Origin: an uncultured Acidobacteriota bacterium
GTDB lineage: Bacteria > Acidobacteriota > Terriglobia > Acidiferrales > UBA7541
NCBI GenBank assembly: GCA_963703785.1
Contig: CAVPFR010000029.1
Span: 19,036 to 83,035 of the forward strand
Reading direction: 5' to 3'
DNA length: 64,000 nt
In this document: in pieces, positions 8,399-17,905 of the stretch
Numbering within the stretch: position 1 is the stretch's first letter
Layout of the letters: each line of letters begins with the position of its first letter
Position numbers and translations under genes: made by a program
The notes under the pieces: generated by a model
Told to the model about the DNA's origin: nothing
What the model saw: only the letters and a program-made list of their open reading frames with translations
The model's database searches: none

Positions 8399-9763
8399 AT
8401 GGAGCTGAATGAGTACATTGAACGCAAGCACAACGAACACTTGACCGATCTATACGAATTTTTGCGCATTCCCAGCGTCAGCGCACAAGCGGAACGCAAA
8501 CAGGACGTGGAGCGCGCCGCGCAGTGGGTGGCCGAGCGGTTGCGGCGCGTGGGGTTGGACGGCGTCGAAATTGTACCGACGAAAATGCATCCGGTGGTTT
8601 ATGGCGAATCCCTGCAAGCGCCCGGGAAGCCCACGGTTCTTTTTTACGGGCACTACGACGTGCAGCCGCCCGAGCCGCTGGAGCTGTGGACTTCGCCCGC
8701 ATTCGAGCCCACCGTGCGCGACGGCAATCTCTATGGCCGGGGCACGGCGGACGATAAGGGCCAAGTGCACATTCACATTCGGGCGCTGGACGCATTGCGG
8801 CAGACGGCCGGGAAGCTCCCGATCAACCTCAAAGTGATCATCGAGGGCGAAGAGGAGGTGGGCAGCGAGAACCTTTGGGATTACGTGAACAAGAACAAGC
8901 CAAAGCTCAAGTCCGACGCGCTGGTCGTTTCGGACACCTCCATGCTGGCCCGCGGGGTGCCCTCGATTACTTACGGTCTGCGTGGGCTGAACTACTATCA
9001 GGTGGACATCACCGGACCGGCGCAAGATTTGCACTCGGGTGTCTTCGGGGGCGCGGTTCCCAATCCGCTCACGATACTGACGGAGCTATTTGCCAAGCTG
9101 CACGATAAGAATTTCCGCGTCAGCGTGCCGGGTTTCTACGATGACGTCGCGGTCGTCTCTCGAGCGGAGCGCAAGGCCCTCAACGCCCTCCCGTTCAAAG
9201 AGAAGCAGTTCCGGAAGACGGTGGGCGCGCCTGCGCTATGCGGCGAAAAGGGCTACACGGTGGTGGAACAGCTGTGGTGCCGGCCGACACTCGAACTTAA
9301 TGGAATCTGGGGCGGGTACATGGGGGAAGGCGCAAAAACGGTGATTCCCTCGAAGGCGCATGCCAAGTTCTCCACGCGGCTCGTGCCGAACCAGGATCCC
9401 GGCAAAATAGCGCGGCTCGTCGAGCGGCATATACGCAAGCTGCTTCCGAAGCAGGTGAGCTGCGAGTTTCGGGTGCTGAGCACGGGCAAACCGTGGGTCG
9501 CGCCCTACACGCATCCGTTCTTCGAAGTGGCTCACGAAGCGTTGGAGAAGGGATTCGGCAAGCGCGCGGTGTTCATACGCGAGGGTGGGTCGATTCCGTT
9601 CGTCACGCAAATGTACGATACGTTCCAGGTGCCCTGCCTGCTTTTGGGATTCGGCTTGCCCGACGAAAACGCGCATGCCCCTGACGAGCACATCCTGCTC
9701 GAAAACTATTTTGGGGGGATAAAGGCTGTGGCTAGTTTCTATCAAGGATTGGGCAGGCTGTAG
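8399..9763 (+). CDS. M20 family dipeptidase / peptidase
   Basis: 454-aa ORF; N-terminal LYEFLRIPSVSAQ and metal-site regions HYDVQP, GRGTADDKG, IIEGEEEVGS. Confidence 0.85.
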   Translation: MELNEYIERKHNEHLTDLYEFLRIPSVSAQAERKQDVERAAQWVAERLRRVGLDGVEIVPTKMHPVVYGESLQAPGKPTVLFYGHYDVQPPEPLELWTSPAFEPTVRDGNLYGRGTADDKGQVHIHIRALDALRQTAGKLPINLKVIIEGEEEVGSENLWDYVNKNKPKLKSDALVVSDTSMLARGVPSITYGLRGLNYYQVDITGPAQDLHSGVFGGAVPNPLTILTELFAKLHDKNFRVSVPGFYDDVAVVSRAERKALNALPFKEKQFRKTVGAPALCGEKGYTVVEQLWCRPTLELNGIWGGYMGEGAKTVIPSKAHAKFSTRLVPNQDPGKIARLVERHIRKLLPKQVSCEFRVLSTGKPWVAPYTHPFFEVAHEALEKGFGKRAVFIREGGSIPFVTQMYDTFQVPCLLLGFGLPDENAHAPDEHILLENYFGGIKAVASFYQGLGRL

Positions 9764-9946
9764 CTTTAGCCACCCCGCCGCGGGCCCTCTATTTTTGGAA
9801 ACGCCGCATAGGAAGACGCGCGCGCGTGGGCTTGCCGAGCACGGCGAAACTGTGCCGAAACGGTTCTAAGGAGAGCAAGAACGAGCGAGAGAAAAACTCG
9901 CAGATTCGAGAACTATCACTTTTCCGGGGTTTTTTTGCATTTTCTC

Positions 9947-9975
9947 TTGCGTTGCGAAGAGACTCTCTTTATAGT
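9947..9975 (+). promoter_or_regulatory. sigma-70-type promoter candidate for the HU gene
   Basis: TTGCGT (9947-9952), 17-nt spacer, TATAGT (9970-9975), about 80 nt upstream of ATG 10057. Confidence 0.45.
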
Positions 9976-10056
9976 GTCGCGCGTGCGCGGCCCAGGTTCG
10001 GGCCTCCACAAAAGGCTCGAATCATTTGGAACGCTGGAGGAGGAAAGAAAATCGAG

Positions 10057-10347
10057 ATGGCAAAGCCGATGAGCAAGTCGAAGGTCGTGGGCTTTCTAGC
10101 GGATAAGTTAGAAACGCCGAGAAAGACGGTCAATAGCTTTTTTGAAGAGCTCTTCAAGCTCGCGGTGAAAGAGTGCAAGGGCAGCGCAGGAAAATTCGTA
10201 ATACCCAACCTCGGGCGCGCGGTGAAGGCGCATCGCAAGGCGCGCATGGGCCGGAATCCGCAGACCGGCGAGGCGATCAAGATCAAAGCAAAAACAGTGG
10301 TGCGATTGCGACCCGCGAAAGCGTTCAAAGACGCCGTCCTGGGCTAA
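10057..10347 (+). CDS. HU/IHF family DNA-binding protein
   Basis: ATG 10057 with GGAGGAGG at 10036-10043; 96 aa; arm motif RMGRNPQTGEAIKIKA. Confidence 0.9.
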   Translation: MAKPMSKSKVVGFLADKLETPRKTVNSFFEELFKLAVKECKGSAGKFVIPNLGRAVKAHRKARMGRNPQTGEAIKIKAKTVVRLRPAKAFKDAVLG

Positions 10348-10405
10348 TCGTCTCCAAATAGAGCATCTCCCCGTCGAGTTGAGTCGGCAGGAGTGTGCTT
10401 TGGAT

Positions 10406-10447
10406 GTGGCGGCCGGGCCGAACCGTAGACGTAGAGCCGGCCGCCAC
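10406..10447. other. perfect 11-bp GC stem-loop downstream of the HU gene
   Basis: GTGGCGGCCGG (10406-10416) pairs with CCGGCCGCCAC (10437-10447), 20-nt loop, no T-run. Confidence 0.6.
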
Positions 10448-10559
10448 ACCGATCTGCCTGCCTAGCCACCGCCAGATCGATCCGACCCATTTGGCCCCCC
10501 GTTAGGCCCTACCTGAGGACTCCACACCCGCAATAGTGGCATAATAGTTCGGGAACCCT

Positions 10560-11921
10560 ATGACAACCCCTCCGGCACCCTCAGGCTTATTAGCCGATCT
10601 CTACGAGTTAACCATGGCCGCAGGGTATCTCGAGACGCATTTCGAGGCGCGCGCCACGTTCGAGCTTTTCGTGCGAAGCCTGCCACCGAGGCGAAACTTT
10701 CTGGTGAGCGCAGGTTTGGAGCAAGCCCTCGAGTTCCTAGAGACGGTGCGGTTCGGCAAAGAGGACATCGCCTACCTTCGCAGGCACCCTGCTTTTGCTG
10801 AAATCAGCGGCAATTTCTTCGATTTTCTGGCGGAATTCCGTTTCTCCGGCGACGTGTGGGGGCTGCCGGAAGGGACCATCTGCTTTCCGGGCGAGCCGCT
10901 TCTGCGGATTACGGCGCCCATCGCCGAAGCACAAATCATGGAAACGGCGCTGCTGGCAACGGTCAGCTTTCAGACTATGGTTGCGTCCAAGGCCGCCCGA
11001 GTGGCCAAAGCAGCCGCCGGACGCCCCGTCGTGGAGTTCGGCGCGCGACGGGCCCACGGCACTGAATCGGGCGTTCTAGCCGCCCGGGCGGCATATATCG
11101 GCGGATGCCTGGGCACCTCTAACGTGCGGGCCGGGCAGTTATTCGGCATTCCCACCTACGGGACGCAAGCGCATTCCTGGATTATGGCGCATGATAAAGA
11201 AGAGGAAGCCTTTGCCCAGTTCATGGACCTTTTCCCGCAGCATTCCGTGCTGCTTCTGGATACCTATGAAGTGCATGCCGCGCTCGAGAAGATCATCGCG
11301 ATGGGACGCAAACCTCGCGGCGTGCGGCTGGATAGCGGAGATCTGGCCGCCGACAGCACCTGGGTGCGGCGCCGGCTGGACGAAAACGGGTGGGGCGACG
11401 TGGAGATTTTCATGTCCGGCGACCTCGACGAGGAGCGTATTTCCCTACTGCTCGACGGGGGCGCTCGCGTAGACACCTTTGGCGTAGGCACTTCGCTCTC
11501 GACTTCATCCGATGCGCCATCGCTGGGGGTGCTCTACAAACTGGCTGAAGTGGAGCGAGGCGGCGAAGTGCTGGAGGCTGCCAAGTTCACGGCCACAAAA
11601 GTAACTTATCCTGGGCGCAAGCAGGTGTACCGTCAGACCGATTCCGCAGGCAATTATGCGGGCGATGTGATCGCCCTGGAGAATGAGAGCATGCCGGGCG
11701 AGCCGCTCCTCATTCCCGTGATGCGCGGAGGAAAACGGGTGAGTCCGGCCGCGCCTTTGGCGGAATCTCAACGGCGCTGCCAAACGCAGTTGGAGCGCTT
11801 ACCCGCTGCTTTACGCGCGCTGGGGGTCGCCGAACACCCTTACCCGGTGCGGCATAGCGCGCGGCTGGAGGCCCTGCTGGAAGAGGTTCGCGAGCGCACG
11901 ATGCGAACGGTGACGCGGTAG
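10560..11921 (+). CDS. pncB: nicotinate phosphoribosyltransferase
   Basis: 453-aa ORF; N-terminal LLADLYELTMAAGY and overall NAPRTase-like sequence. Confidence 0.85.
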   Translation: MTTPPAPSGLLADLYELTMAAGYLETHFEARATFELFVRSLPPRRNFLVSAGLEQALEFLETVRFGKEDIAYLRRHPAFAEISGNFFDFLAEFRFSGDVWGLPEGTICFPGEPLLRITAPIAEAQIMETALLATVSFQTMVASKAARVAKAAAGRPVVEFGARRAHGTESGVLAARAAYIGGCLGTSNVRAGQLFGIPTYGTQAHSWIMAHDKEEEAFAQFMDLFPQHSVLLLDTYEVHAALEKIIAMGRKPRGVRLDSGDLAADSTWVRRRLDENGWGDVEIFMSGDLDEERISLLLDGGARVDTFGVGTSLSTSSDAPSLGVLYKLAEVERGGEVLEAAKFTATKVTYPGRKQVYRQTDSAGNYAGDVIALENESMPGEPLLIPVMRGGKRVSPAAPLAESQRRCQTQLERLPAALRALGVAEHPYPVRHSARLEALLEEVRERTMRTVTR

Positions 11922-11985
11922 CAGGAGCTTCGCCCTGGTTTCCCGCCAAGTTATCTTCTGGGACGTCGATACTCAGACCGATTTC

Positions 11986-12579
11986 ATGCTGCCGGGCGGA
12001 AGACTTTACGTTCCCGGCGCTGAAAAACTGATCCCAAATTTAAAGCTCCTGACCGACCAGGCCCGAAAAAACCGCGTCTTTCTCGTTTCCGACGCGTGCG
12101 TCCACGCGCCGGATGACCCGGAGTTTCAGCGATTCCCGCCGCACTGCGTTCGCGGCACCCGTGGCGCGGAAATCATCCCGGAGACCGTCGCCGACCGATT
12201 TTTAATCCTGCCCAATCGCCGGGAAGCGACGGTTCCCGACGATCTATCGCCCTATCAGCAAGTGATCCTCGAGAAGCAAACTCTGGATGTATTCGATAAT
12301 CCGCACACCGAAACAGTTATCGACCGGCTCAAGCAATTTACAGACGCGGACGCCGAATTCGTGGTCTTCGGAGTGGTCACGGAATATTGCGTGCGTTGCG
12401 CCGCCAAAGGCTTGCTTGGACGCGGGCGGCGCGTGGCCCTGGCGCATGACGCCATCAGGACGTTGAAAGCGGAGGATGGAGAGAGCGCATTGGCGGAGAT
12501 GCAGGCGATGGGCGCCAGGATGACCACGACCCGCGAGGCCATCGACTGGCTGGGCGCGTCGAGAGCGAAGAAGGCATAG
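11986..12579 (+). CDS. pncA: isochorismatase-family nicotinamidase; conserved N-terminus lies upstream of the first ATG
   Basis: catalytic Cys context VVTEYCVRCA and metal-site-like DACVHAPDD..HC; in-frame upstream VIFWDVDTQTDF (11950-11985) carries the expected catalytic Asp. Confidence 0.75.
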   Translation: MLPGGRLYVPGAEKLIPNLKLLTDQARKNRVFLVSDACVHAPDDPEFQRFPPHCVRGTRGAEIIPETVADRFLILPNRREATVPDDLSPYQQVILEKQTLDVFDNPHTETVIDRLKQFTDADAEFVVFGVVTEYCVRCAAKGLLGRGRRVALAHDAIRTLKAEDGESALAEMQAMGARMTTTREAIDWLGASRAKKA

Positions 12580-12604
12580 ACGCCAGTTCACGGCTGGGAT
12601 TGAT

Positions 12605-13010
12605 TCAAAGGGTTTTGACGTAAGCAATCAATGCGCGGACCTGCCCGGGCTTGAGGGTTTCCTTGAAGCCGGGCATGTCTTTCCCTCCCTCTTCAATCCA
12701 TTTGGCTAAGCCTTGATCGGTGACTTTCCTGCCGTCGGAAAAAGAGCGAGCGTACAGGCCCTTCAGACCGACAGCGATCTTTTGCGCTCTGCTCTCAGCG
12801 TAATGGCAGGAGGCACAGTGCTGGCGAAACAAACCCTGCGCCCTGGGATCTCAGCAGCACGGAAGCGGCGGCGGCCGAATTTGCGTCTGGACTGGTCCGA
12901 GGGGACTGAGCAAAGCCGGACATTACGCAGAAGGCGAGGGCGGCGGCGGCCGCCGAGGCGCCCCACACGCGCGCGAGACGGCGGGAGCTGGAAAGCTTTT
13001 CGTGAGTCAT
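12605..13010 (-). pseudogene. monoheme c-type cytochrome, frame break between signal peptide and heme domain
   Basis: ATG 13010 with GAAGAAGGAG RBS; signal MTHEKLSSSRRLARVWGASAAAAALAF (tail of ORF 12795..14006), then CASCH heme motif in ORF 12605..12832; join near run 12844-12846. Confidence 0.7.
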
Positions 13011-13030
13011 CTCCTTCTTCAAAATCCACC

Positions 13031-14356
13031 TCAGTGCGAATCCGCCAATGAAGAATCGGCAGCGGCAGTGGGCTTGAACACCATATTGTAAATCCACATC
13101 AGCAACGCTGTCGCGAATCCGATCGCCGGACACCACCCACCACATCTCCTGGGGGCGATGGAGAACATCGCCGAAATAATGCACCAAATATCCTCCCAAC
13201 TTTCCGCCGATAAGATAACCGATGGCCACCGGAAGAAAGGCAAAACCCATGTAGGTCCCTTGCTGCCCGGGCGGCGCCAAACGGGACACATATTCATAAT
13301 AGCGAGGCGACTGCATGATTTCGCCGACCGCCAGAATGAAGAGCGAGGCAATCACGAACCCCGTGCTGGCGTGCAGCAGCAAAATGAGCCAAGAGAAACT
13401 GGAGATCAGAATGCCGAGGGTCATGGCCTTAAACGCCGGGATTCGGCGCGTGAGATAACTCACCACGATCTGAAAGGCGATCACGGTGGCCGGATCGACG
13501 GACAGCAAAAGATCGATTTTGGCGTTGGGATCCACGTATCCCCGAAGAAAAAGAGGCAGGGCAATGTACTGCTGCCAGTAAATGGTCCAATAGCCCGAGA
13601 AGATCAAGAGAAAGACGAGGAAGGGCAGGTTGGAGAAAACGACGAAGATGTTTCGCAGCGCCGCGGCCACGGTGGGAACATTTGACTCACCGGCACGCGT
13701 AGGCTCGCGGTAAAAAATCAAAGTAGCAAAAAACATGGCGAACACACATAGCGCCGACACCCGAAATACATTCTCAATCCCCAACGAGCGGCGCACGAGA
13801 AAAGCGGTGATGGGGCCAAGCATGCCACCAATATTGACCAGGTGTAGTAGATCGAATATCCGATCGATCGCACGGACTCGCTGGAGGCTCGCGCCGTCGT
13901 TCCGGCGACGACAGGCTTCACGATGGAGGGACCCAGAGCGGGGACCATAAGTACGATCAAAACGACCCAGAAAAGTGGAAGCCTCTCCCGCAGCGGGGCC
14001 ATCCATGGGCGGAGAGCGAGCCCATCAGAAAATATCCAACCGCGAGCGTGAGGTAGGCCAAGGCCAGCGATCTGCGGAAGCCGAAGCGATCCGCCAGGCT
14101 GCCGCCGAGGATGGGCAGAAACCAAACAGCGAATCCGACCACACCCATGAGCGTTCCGGTTTGCTCGGTGGAGAGGTGCAGGGATTCGTGAAGAAAAATC
14201 GCCAGCACAGCGGCTTGCGCGTAGTAGGCCAGGCGCTCAAAAAGCTCGGTGATGTTGGCCACCCAAAAAGCAGGTTCGAAGCCACGCCGAATTTCTCTCA
14301 GACGATCCTTGAGGTTCAGTGGGGGCTTGAGCGGGCCGGGGCTGTGCGGTTTTCAT
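13031..14356 (-). pseudogene. proton-dependent oligopeptide (POT/PTR2) family MFS transporter with about 4 frame breaks
   Basis: FWVANITELFERLAYYA POT signature (ORF 13957..14262), then segments in ORFs 13718..14125, 12795..14006 and 13031..13351; joins at runs about 14350-14353, 14007-14009, 13841-13842, 13126-13127. Confidence 0.75.
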
Positions 14357-14469
14357 AGGGACGGTGGCTATCTTATAAGATAAGCTGGTCGAGTATTGAA
14401 CGGGCATAGACGGGCATTAGACGGAATTACAACGGATCACTCGGGGACCACGCGGGCAACCCGCATCGA

Positions 14470-15954
14470 ATGAATCAAAAATTGCCGTCCATCGTTATCG
14501 TGGGCCGACCCAACGTGGGCAAGTCCACGCTTTTCAATCGCCTAACCAGCACGCGCCGGTCGATCGTGACGGATGAGCCGGGAATTACCCGGGATCGCAT
14601 TTACGGCCCCGCTCTATGGCATGGGCGGCCATTTGAAGTGGTCGATACCGGAGGCTTGCTACCCAATGACCGCGCCGCCATCCCACGCGAGATTTTCCGG
14701 CAAGCACAAACGGCCATCGCGGATGCCACCACGCTGGTTCTGGTGGTGGACGCACGGGCCGGGGTGACTCCCCTTGATCTGGAACTTGCGTGCCTGATGC
14801 GGCAGACGGGCAAACCCTTTGTGGTGGCCGTGAACAAGGTCGACACGATGCGGCAGGAGGACCTTGCCGCTCAGTTCTACGAAATCGGCGCGGATGTTTT
14901 TCCCGTTTCGGCGGAACACGGTTTGGGCGTTGACCTTCTTCTCGACGCTCTGACAGGCGAGTTTGACAAGACGCCCGAGACTGAAAACGCCCCGGAGGAA
15001 AGAACGGAAGTTCAAGTGGCCATTATCGGCCGGCCGAACGTGGGAAAGTCCACGCTGATGAATGAACTAGCGGGGGCGGAGCGTTCGATCGTGTCGGACC
15101 AACCCGGCACGACGCGCGACGTGGTGGATACGCTCGTCATGCGCGGCGGCAAAAGCTATCGCTTCATCGATACGGCGGGTATCCGGCGCAAGGGCAAGAC
15201 CAATCTGATTGCGGAAAAGCTGAGCGTTATCATGGCGCGCAAACATCTGGAGCGCGCCGACGTGGCGCTTCTGGTGGCCGATGCGGCGATCGGCATTACG
15301 GCAGGAGACGCGACGATTGCCGGGTATGCCCAGGAGTCGGGCCGCTCCGTAATCGTGGTGATGAATAAGTGGGACCTGGCGATACAGAAGGCGCAGGAAG
15401 CCGCCAAGGAGGGCCGGAAGCAGCCAGGCGGAAAGCGGGTGGCGCGTGGCCGAGATCGCGGCAGCCAGGATCGAGGGCCAAAAATGATCGCCAGCGATCC
15501 CGAGCGCTTGGCCTCCGACTACGAAGTCTTGGTGCGGGAGCGGCTGAAATTTCTGTCCTACGCGCCCGTCGTTTTTTTATCCGCGCTGACCGGGGAGCGC
15601 GTGGAGAAGCTTTATGGGTTAATCGACCGCGTTGCCGTAGCGCGGAAGAGACGCATATCCACGGGCGAGTTGAACCGCTGGCTGGCAAGCGTTGACTTGA
15701 ACCGAGGAAGTTCGCCTACATCGCGTCGCGTGAAAATCTACTATGTGACCCAATCCGGCGTCTCCCCGCCCACGTTCATGCTCTTCACCAACCAGCGGCA
15801 GCGCCTGCATTTCAGCTATGAGCGCTTCCTGGAAAACCAGCTGCGCGCGCACTTTGATTTTTTCGGCGCGCCGATCCGGTTTGTGCAGCGCTTTCGGGAG
15901 CGCGAGCGGCAAGGAAAGGAACGAGCGGTGCGAAGGCGGGGGCAAGCCGATTGA
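14470..15954 (+). CDS. der: ribosome-associated GTPase Der/EngA (two tandem GTPase domains + KH-like domain)
   Basis: two P-loops GRPNVGKST at residues about 12 and about 187; DTGG and DTAG; NKVD and NKWD. Confidence 0.9.
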   Translation: MNQKLPSIVIVGRPNVGKSTLFNRLTSTRRSIVTDEPGITRDRIYGPALWHGRPFEVVDTGGLLPNDRAAIPREIFRQAQTAIADATTLVLVVDARAGVTPLDLELACLMRQTGKPFVVAVNKVDTMRQEDLAAQFYEIGADVFPVSAEHGLGVDLLLDALTGEFDKTPETENAPEERTEVQVAIIGRPNVGKSTLMNELAGAERSIVSDQPGTTRDVVDTLVMRGGKSYRFIDTAGIRRKGKTNLIAEKLSVIMARKHLERADVALLVADAAIGITAGDATIAGYAQESGRSVIVVMNKWDLAIQKAQEAAKEGRKQPGGKRVARGRDRGSQDRGPKMIASDPERLASDYEVLVRERLKFLSYAPVVFLSALTGERVEKLYGLIDRVAVARKRRISTGELNRWLASVDLNRGSSPTSRRVKIYYVTQSGVSPPTFMLFTNQRQRLHFSYERFLENQLRAHFDFFGAPIRFVQRFRERERQGKERAVRRRGQAD

Positions 15955-15981
15955 CTTGCCCACAAATCGGCATAGGATGGA

Positions 15982-16402
15982 ATGGCAATGTCGGAAAACG
16001 GGCATCAGGAAATCTCCGCAGAGAAGAATCTCTACCGCATCGGGGAAGTCAGCCGCATCACGGATACCAAACCCTTTGTGCTGCGCTACTGGGAGACGGA
16101 ATTCCCAACGCTGCAACCGGTCAAGAGTCCCAAGGGGCACCGCCTGTATCGGCGAAAAGACGTCGATACGGTGCTATTGATCAAGCGGCTCTTGTACGAC
16201 GAGGGATTTACCATCGCGGGCGCGCGACGCCACCTGCGCGAGCTGGGGGATTCTCCGGCGGAACTGGAGTCGGAATCCGGCGTCGAGGCGGAAGGCCGCA
16301 CGAGCCACGGAAGCCCCTCAGGCGGCGGAGATCAGCCGCAAGGTGCTGCTCGACCTGCGAGATTCGCTGCGCGCGTTCTTGACGCTCCTCGAAAGCGAGT
16401 GA
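15982..16402 (+). pseudogene. MerR family transcriptional regulator, probable frame break near the C-terminus
   Basis: HTH YRIGEVSRITDTKPFVLRYWE; ORF as given (to 16470) runs 23 nt into the tRNA; removing one C from run 16314-16317 gives AAEISRKVLLDLRDSLRAFLTLLESE with stop at 16400-16402. Confidence 0.6.
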
Positions 16403-16447
16403 TAGGCTCAAGATCGAAGCGTTTCGAGAACCCCTTACCTAGCCGGT

Positions 16448-16524
16448 CGGGACGTAGCGCAGACTGGTAGCGCGCACGCTTGGGGTGCGTGAGGCCCCGG
16501 GTTCAAATCCCGGCGTCCCGACCA
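16448..16524 (+). tRNA. tRNA-Pro (anticodon GGG), encoded CCA
   Basis: hand-folded cloverleaf: acceptor CGGGACG/CGTCCCG, D stem GCGC/GCGC, anticodon stem CACGC/GCGTG with loop TTGGGGT, T arm CCGGG-TTCAAAT-CCCGG, discriminator A, CCA. Confidence 0.9.
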
Positions 16525-16600
16525 TTTCCACATCGAAAATCGAGGATTGCAGACTGAATGACCTACCGCTTCAATCCGGCCCGAACGCCCCGCGAAGCTC

Positions 16601-17390
16601 GTGCCTGAAATCCTGATAACCAACGACGATGGCATTCACGCGGCTGGCTTGCGAGCCCTGGTGGAGGCTTGGCCGGGCTGGGGACCGTCAGCGTCGTAGC
16701 GCCTAACCAGGAGCGCAGCGCCGCGGCGCAGTCGATCACTGTGCGACACCCCATCTTCTGCGAGCAGATAGCCGAGCGGGAATGGTCGATCGAGGGCACG
16801 CCGGCCGATGCCATGATGATCGCCCTGCACCGGCTCTTTCCGAAGCCACCCGACCTGGTGATCTCTGGAATAAACCGAGGGGCCAATCTGGGCGAAAACG
16901 TCTTCTACTCGGGCACCGTGGGCGCGGCCACGGAGGCGGTCATCAACCACGTTCCGGCGTTCGCCATCTCTTTGGCCCACCGAGGCAACGGAGTTTGCCT
17001 TTGACCACGCCGCCCGATTCGGCCGGCGACTAGCGCAAGTGATTCTGCAAAAGGGCTTGCCTGCGGGCGTGCTGTTGAACGTGAACGTCCCTTTGGAGTG
17101 GAATGGAGGCGTGCGCTTGACGCGGCAGTCTGGAAAGGTCACCCGGACCGTGCTCCAGGAAGGGGCTGATCCCAGGGGCCGGATCTATTATTGGCTTAAC
17201 GAGGAGCCGGTGAGCGGTCAGCCTGGACCCCCAAAGCGACTATGCCGCCGTCCTAGCGGGGCAGGTATCCGTGACACCGATCCAATTGGAACGCACCCAC
17301 GAGCGTTCCCTAGATGACCTCTCCCCATGGGCCGAACTGCTGGAAGCAGGCGTCGGTTCCGAACGGCACGAGTGGCTTTTCGATAACTGA
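16601..17390 (+). pseudogene. surE: 5'/3'-nucleotidase SurE with three frame breaks
   Basis: GTG 16601: ILITNDDGIHAAGLRALVEA, then GTVSVVAPNQERSAAAQS..SGINRGANLGENVFYSGTVGAA (ORF 16669..17004), then LPAGVLLNVNVP (ORF 17039..17317), then SDYAAVLAGQVSVTPIQL to TGA 17388-17390; joins at runs about 16669-16670, 16990-16991, 17228-17232. Confidence 0.8.
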
Positions 17391-17905
17391 TTTAGTATCA
17401 TCATGCTTGGGTGTATTGCTATGAACTATAAGGCAGGTTACATATATCTACCTTACCCTCAAACCGCTCTCGTTTCTCGCAGTTTAAATAGCTAAGTAAT
17501 ACTTATATCTACTCATAGTACAAGACTTATATTAGATCTGCCGCTCCTAAGGCCTAGTACGCCCGTACCTAGAAAAATGAAGCTTCCTGCCCATCGATCT
17601 GGCTGGCCGGCACCGATAGATTATTCCCACACCGAACAGCCTAGTCGCTCAGTGAGAAAGTTGAAATTGAGCATTGGTGCTGGCGGGGAGCAAGAGGCCC
17701 GAAGTCAGAGGGACGGCGCTACAAGGATCCACGGGTAACGCCAAGGAAAAGAGTTGAGAACGAGGCGTAAATGACCCGATTTCGAAGAAGCTAGCTGTCC
17801 ATGTTCGTGGGAATGCTAATCCAAGGGTTTAAGGGAGGAAAGCGGTACAGGCAAGGAACGCGCGGCCTTTGTAATTGCCGAGCGAAACGATACCGGAGGA
17901 TAAAC
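17391..17905. other. ORF-free AT-rich island (first about 170 nt markedly AT-rich by eye)
   Basis: no ORF of 60 aa or more on either strand in a GC-rich genome; TATATCTAC occurs at 17443-17451 and 17504-17512. Confidence 0.7.

Noticed and set aside
8249-8440. N-terminal extension of the PilZ ORF; similarly 9826-10056 for HU, 43468-43506 for yebC and 31497-31529 for the LysW-like gene
   Set aside because: Family-typical N-termini and RBS positions support the internal starts.
17680-17850. c-di-AMP (ydaO-type) riboswitch or RNase P-like element upstream of the rlpA-like gene (CGGGGAGC, GGCCCGAAG, GGGAGGAAAGCGG)
   Set aside because: Only short fragments match. The key conserved blocks (CAGCUAACCUCGUA for ydaO; GAGGAAAGUCCGG for RNase P) are absent.
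16448-17905. tRNA-Pro-linked integrated element
   Set aside because: There is no integrase or other mobile gene, and no direct repeat of the tRNA 3' end within the following 2 kb. Only the compositional island remains, and it is reported separately.
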